From positions 39,866,001-39,930,000 of the forward strand of contig OZ320320.1 of the NCBI GenBank assembly GCA_976226885.1: a stretch of DNA of 64,000 bases, given 5' to 3'. Shown here piece by piece: positions 61,498-64,000 of the stretch. The notes below the pieces were generated by a model that did no database searches, was not told the origin of the DNA, and saw nothing but the letters and a program-made list of their open reading frames with translations. This DNA is from Iphione sp. A-MEVVRFRX5 (taxonomy: Eukaryota). The number at the start of each line of letters is the position of its first letter. The first letter of the stretch is position 1. The position numbers and the translations under genes are program-made.

Positions 61498-63676
61498 GTT
61501 TAACTTATGTGCGTGGAGTGATGGGTTAGGCCATTAAAGTCATGACACTCTCGTCCCAAATTGTTAAGCATTATTCTAATATTATTTTGAGTGAATGCAA
61601 AGGTTCTGCATAAAAATCGAGCCCTTTTATTACCTTTATAGAGCATTTCTGTCCATCTGTTCTGAAAGTATGCTGTCTGCAATATGGGATTATGATGTCA
61701 CAGTGTTTACTTTTGTGACTGCCAGTCTAGCGCACATGGACCGTTTGTATAAAATTTGTTAATATCCAGTAAGCATGTCGATGGATTATTCTAATCTTTA
61801 ACCCTAATAATTCCTTTCAAATCCTGTTAACATATGTATGTATACTCGATTTAATATATTTGGTTTGTTTTGATGGCTAAAACACCCCTTTACTTCATGC
61901 ATTCGAAACCCTATTTGCGACCACTGGCCAGATCGCAGCTAAAATGGTTGGAATAGAAGGAAAGGTCGTAAATATGTGATTTGGGAATATGTCTCAAAAG
62001 TGCTGAATTTAATGAGGTAAGTCCAAAAAGTGCTGAATTTGATGAGTAAGAGCCCAAGAAATACCTCTGGTGACTATATCTCTACAATATATAACTGCAG
62101 GACGGCAGGTCGCAAATAATTATTATTAAAATACAATGGAACTGGTCCTAGACAGTGTGGTTGGAGGCCGAAAATGGTCATAAATCGCCTTGGTCGTAAA
62201 TCAATAGCAACTTATTAAGCATTGACCGAATTTTGGTTCCGGGCTTCACTGGTCGTACTAGCCAATTTGGTCAGAAATCAATGAGGTCGCAAAAATGATT
62301 TTGACTATTTATATGTTAGAAATTCTAAACCAACAAGAAGGCTGCCCATTTGATTTCATAAAATTGAATATAGAACAATTGGCTTTCGCTAAGGGTTTGT
62401 CCACCAGTGTGCTCATAGTGCCCTCCATTGTTAACCCTCCTATTTGTTCTTTTGTAATGTCTCTGCATTTCCATGTCCTGATTTTTTTTAATTACTGACG
62501 GAGGATGTTGGTGCTGAGTGTGAGTGGGGGGGGGATCGTAAAATGAATGATAACCATGAATTATTACCTAAATTTAAATAGGATTTTGAGTCGACTGACA
62601 GCAAAGGAATGTCGCCGCCTGCCATATTAGAACTGTGTTGTAGAGATGAAAATGAGTAGCTTAACAATCCTTTAATATAGTGTCATAATAGTGGACTATT
62701 CAAAATGAATAGGGAACTGCTATCCATTCGCCCAGCATGAAATCATCCCGTCCGGACAAAAATCAAAACCCTATTACTCATATTGTCACGCAACTGTTTT
62801 TTTCGAATTAAAATGGGATTTTCATAAATTTGCATAAAATGACTATTTCCACTATGTTATTATACAGATATTGTTAATAATATGTGTGTAAGTTTTGGAC
62901 CTCTAAAAGCACAAAAAGCCAATAGAAATCATTGTTATGAAAGAATAAGTAATAAAGAATCCAAGATGACCACCAACCCAACTATGTCTTCTTCCTATAC
63001 CAAATTTGACGACACAAAGTCGAAATACGAATGTTTATTGTTGAATATTAGTGACAAAATAGAATAGGCGTTAACTATTTTGTATCATGATGGATGGGTC
63101 ATATAAGTCACAACGTTCAACTGCTGGGTTAAAGTCCCGTTCGAGAGTGGAGTGAATTGCTCAAGTGAAAATGTTATGATGATAGGCAAGTGACATTGGT
63201 CTCATCAGAAGTTTAAATTTATTCTTTGTTTAATCTGGAAGTACTGGGCGTATTTTTATATCTTTTTCCAGCTTCTACATGCTTCGTCTCTAGCTTTATT
63301 TTCATGATTTGCAACTTTATTTCCACTGCTCACAGACACAATTGAATGCTTCAGTGATGGATGTTTGTTCATCAACTATCAAGGTAGTGCATTTCTTTAG
63401 ATGTATTCATGTTCTGTTCTCTTCAGCGCCTTCATTATGGGGATCTTAGTTATTAGAGTGCACTTCTTACCTCATGTACCTCAACAAATATTCATTGGAT
63501 CAGATTGCTCTGTCAAGTGTTTGTTTATGGGGGCAGCCAATAGTAAACGTCAATAGTTCAGTTGGCTAGCGAAGTTAGGCACCACTGATTACCTTGGTTT
63601 AGATATTTTGGGTAATGATCAAATTGATAGGACTCCTCGCAAAAGTGAAAATACAGCACAAGAAGAATAGAAACCA

Positions 63677-63775
63677 AGATTTTACCTACCTAATGAGGAA
63701 GAAATTGAGAAGGTGAAGAGGGAGACGAACAAGAATAGTACAATCGAATAGACAATGTGGGCAGTCAGAATTTGT
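63677..63775 (+). pseudogene. Possible Crypton/DUF3504-type recombinase N-terminal remnant
   Basis: RFYLPNEEEIEKVKRETNKNSTIE*TMWAVR resembles the RF..P.SEEEI......KNT...T.WAV pattern; very short. Confidence 0.3.
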
Positions 63776-64000
63776 GGAATTAAGTATGGCATTTTGCCAT
63801 TAGGAGAAACAGCATATAAATATTATTCAAAAAAGATGATGACCACATGACAAACGTTGGGTAACAAATCGTCAATAAATTAGTCAACTAAAATTAAAAC
63901 ATGGTCTGCAAGAGTCGTGTTGTCTATAATTACTGTACATTATTTAAAAATTGTCACTATTAGAAAGCAAAACGTGCAGCGCCATAGTAAAAAAAATCAT

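Overview
This is eukaryotic, probably invertebrate, DNA. About 59 of the 64 kb are nested, decaying retroelements, and no convincing host gene or prokaryotic feature is visible. The window holds two full-length env-bearing Ty3/Gypsy LTR elements (15043-22791, minus; 39631-59137, plus), each with 4-bp TSD, PBS and PPT. It also holds three Ngaro/DIRS-type tyrosine-recombinase retrotransposons, one with complete A1...B1-A2-B2 split direct repeats. There are five CR1/L2-group LINE copies, a solo LTR whose U3 is a 19-unit minisatellite, MITE-like elements and older fragments. The main novelty candidate is the LINE architecture. Two quite divergent LINEs (7905-13770, minus; ~40724-48013, plus) and a third broken copy share a three-ORF plan. 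ORF1 is coiled-coil + L1-like RRM/CTD fused to a C-terminal NADAR (YbiA-like, ADP-ribose-related) domain. A separate SGNH-esterase ORF follows, then a long spacer and the APE-RT ORF2. All domain calls were made by eye from motifs and need HMM or structure confirmation.
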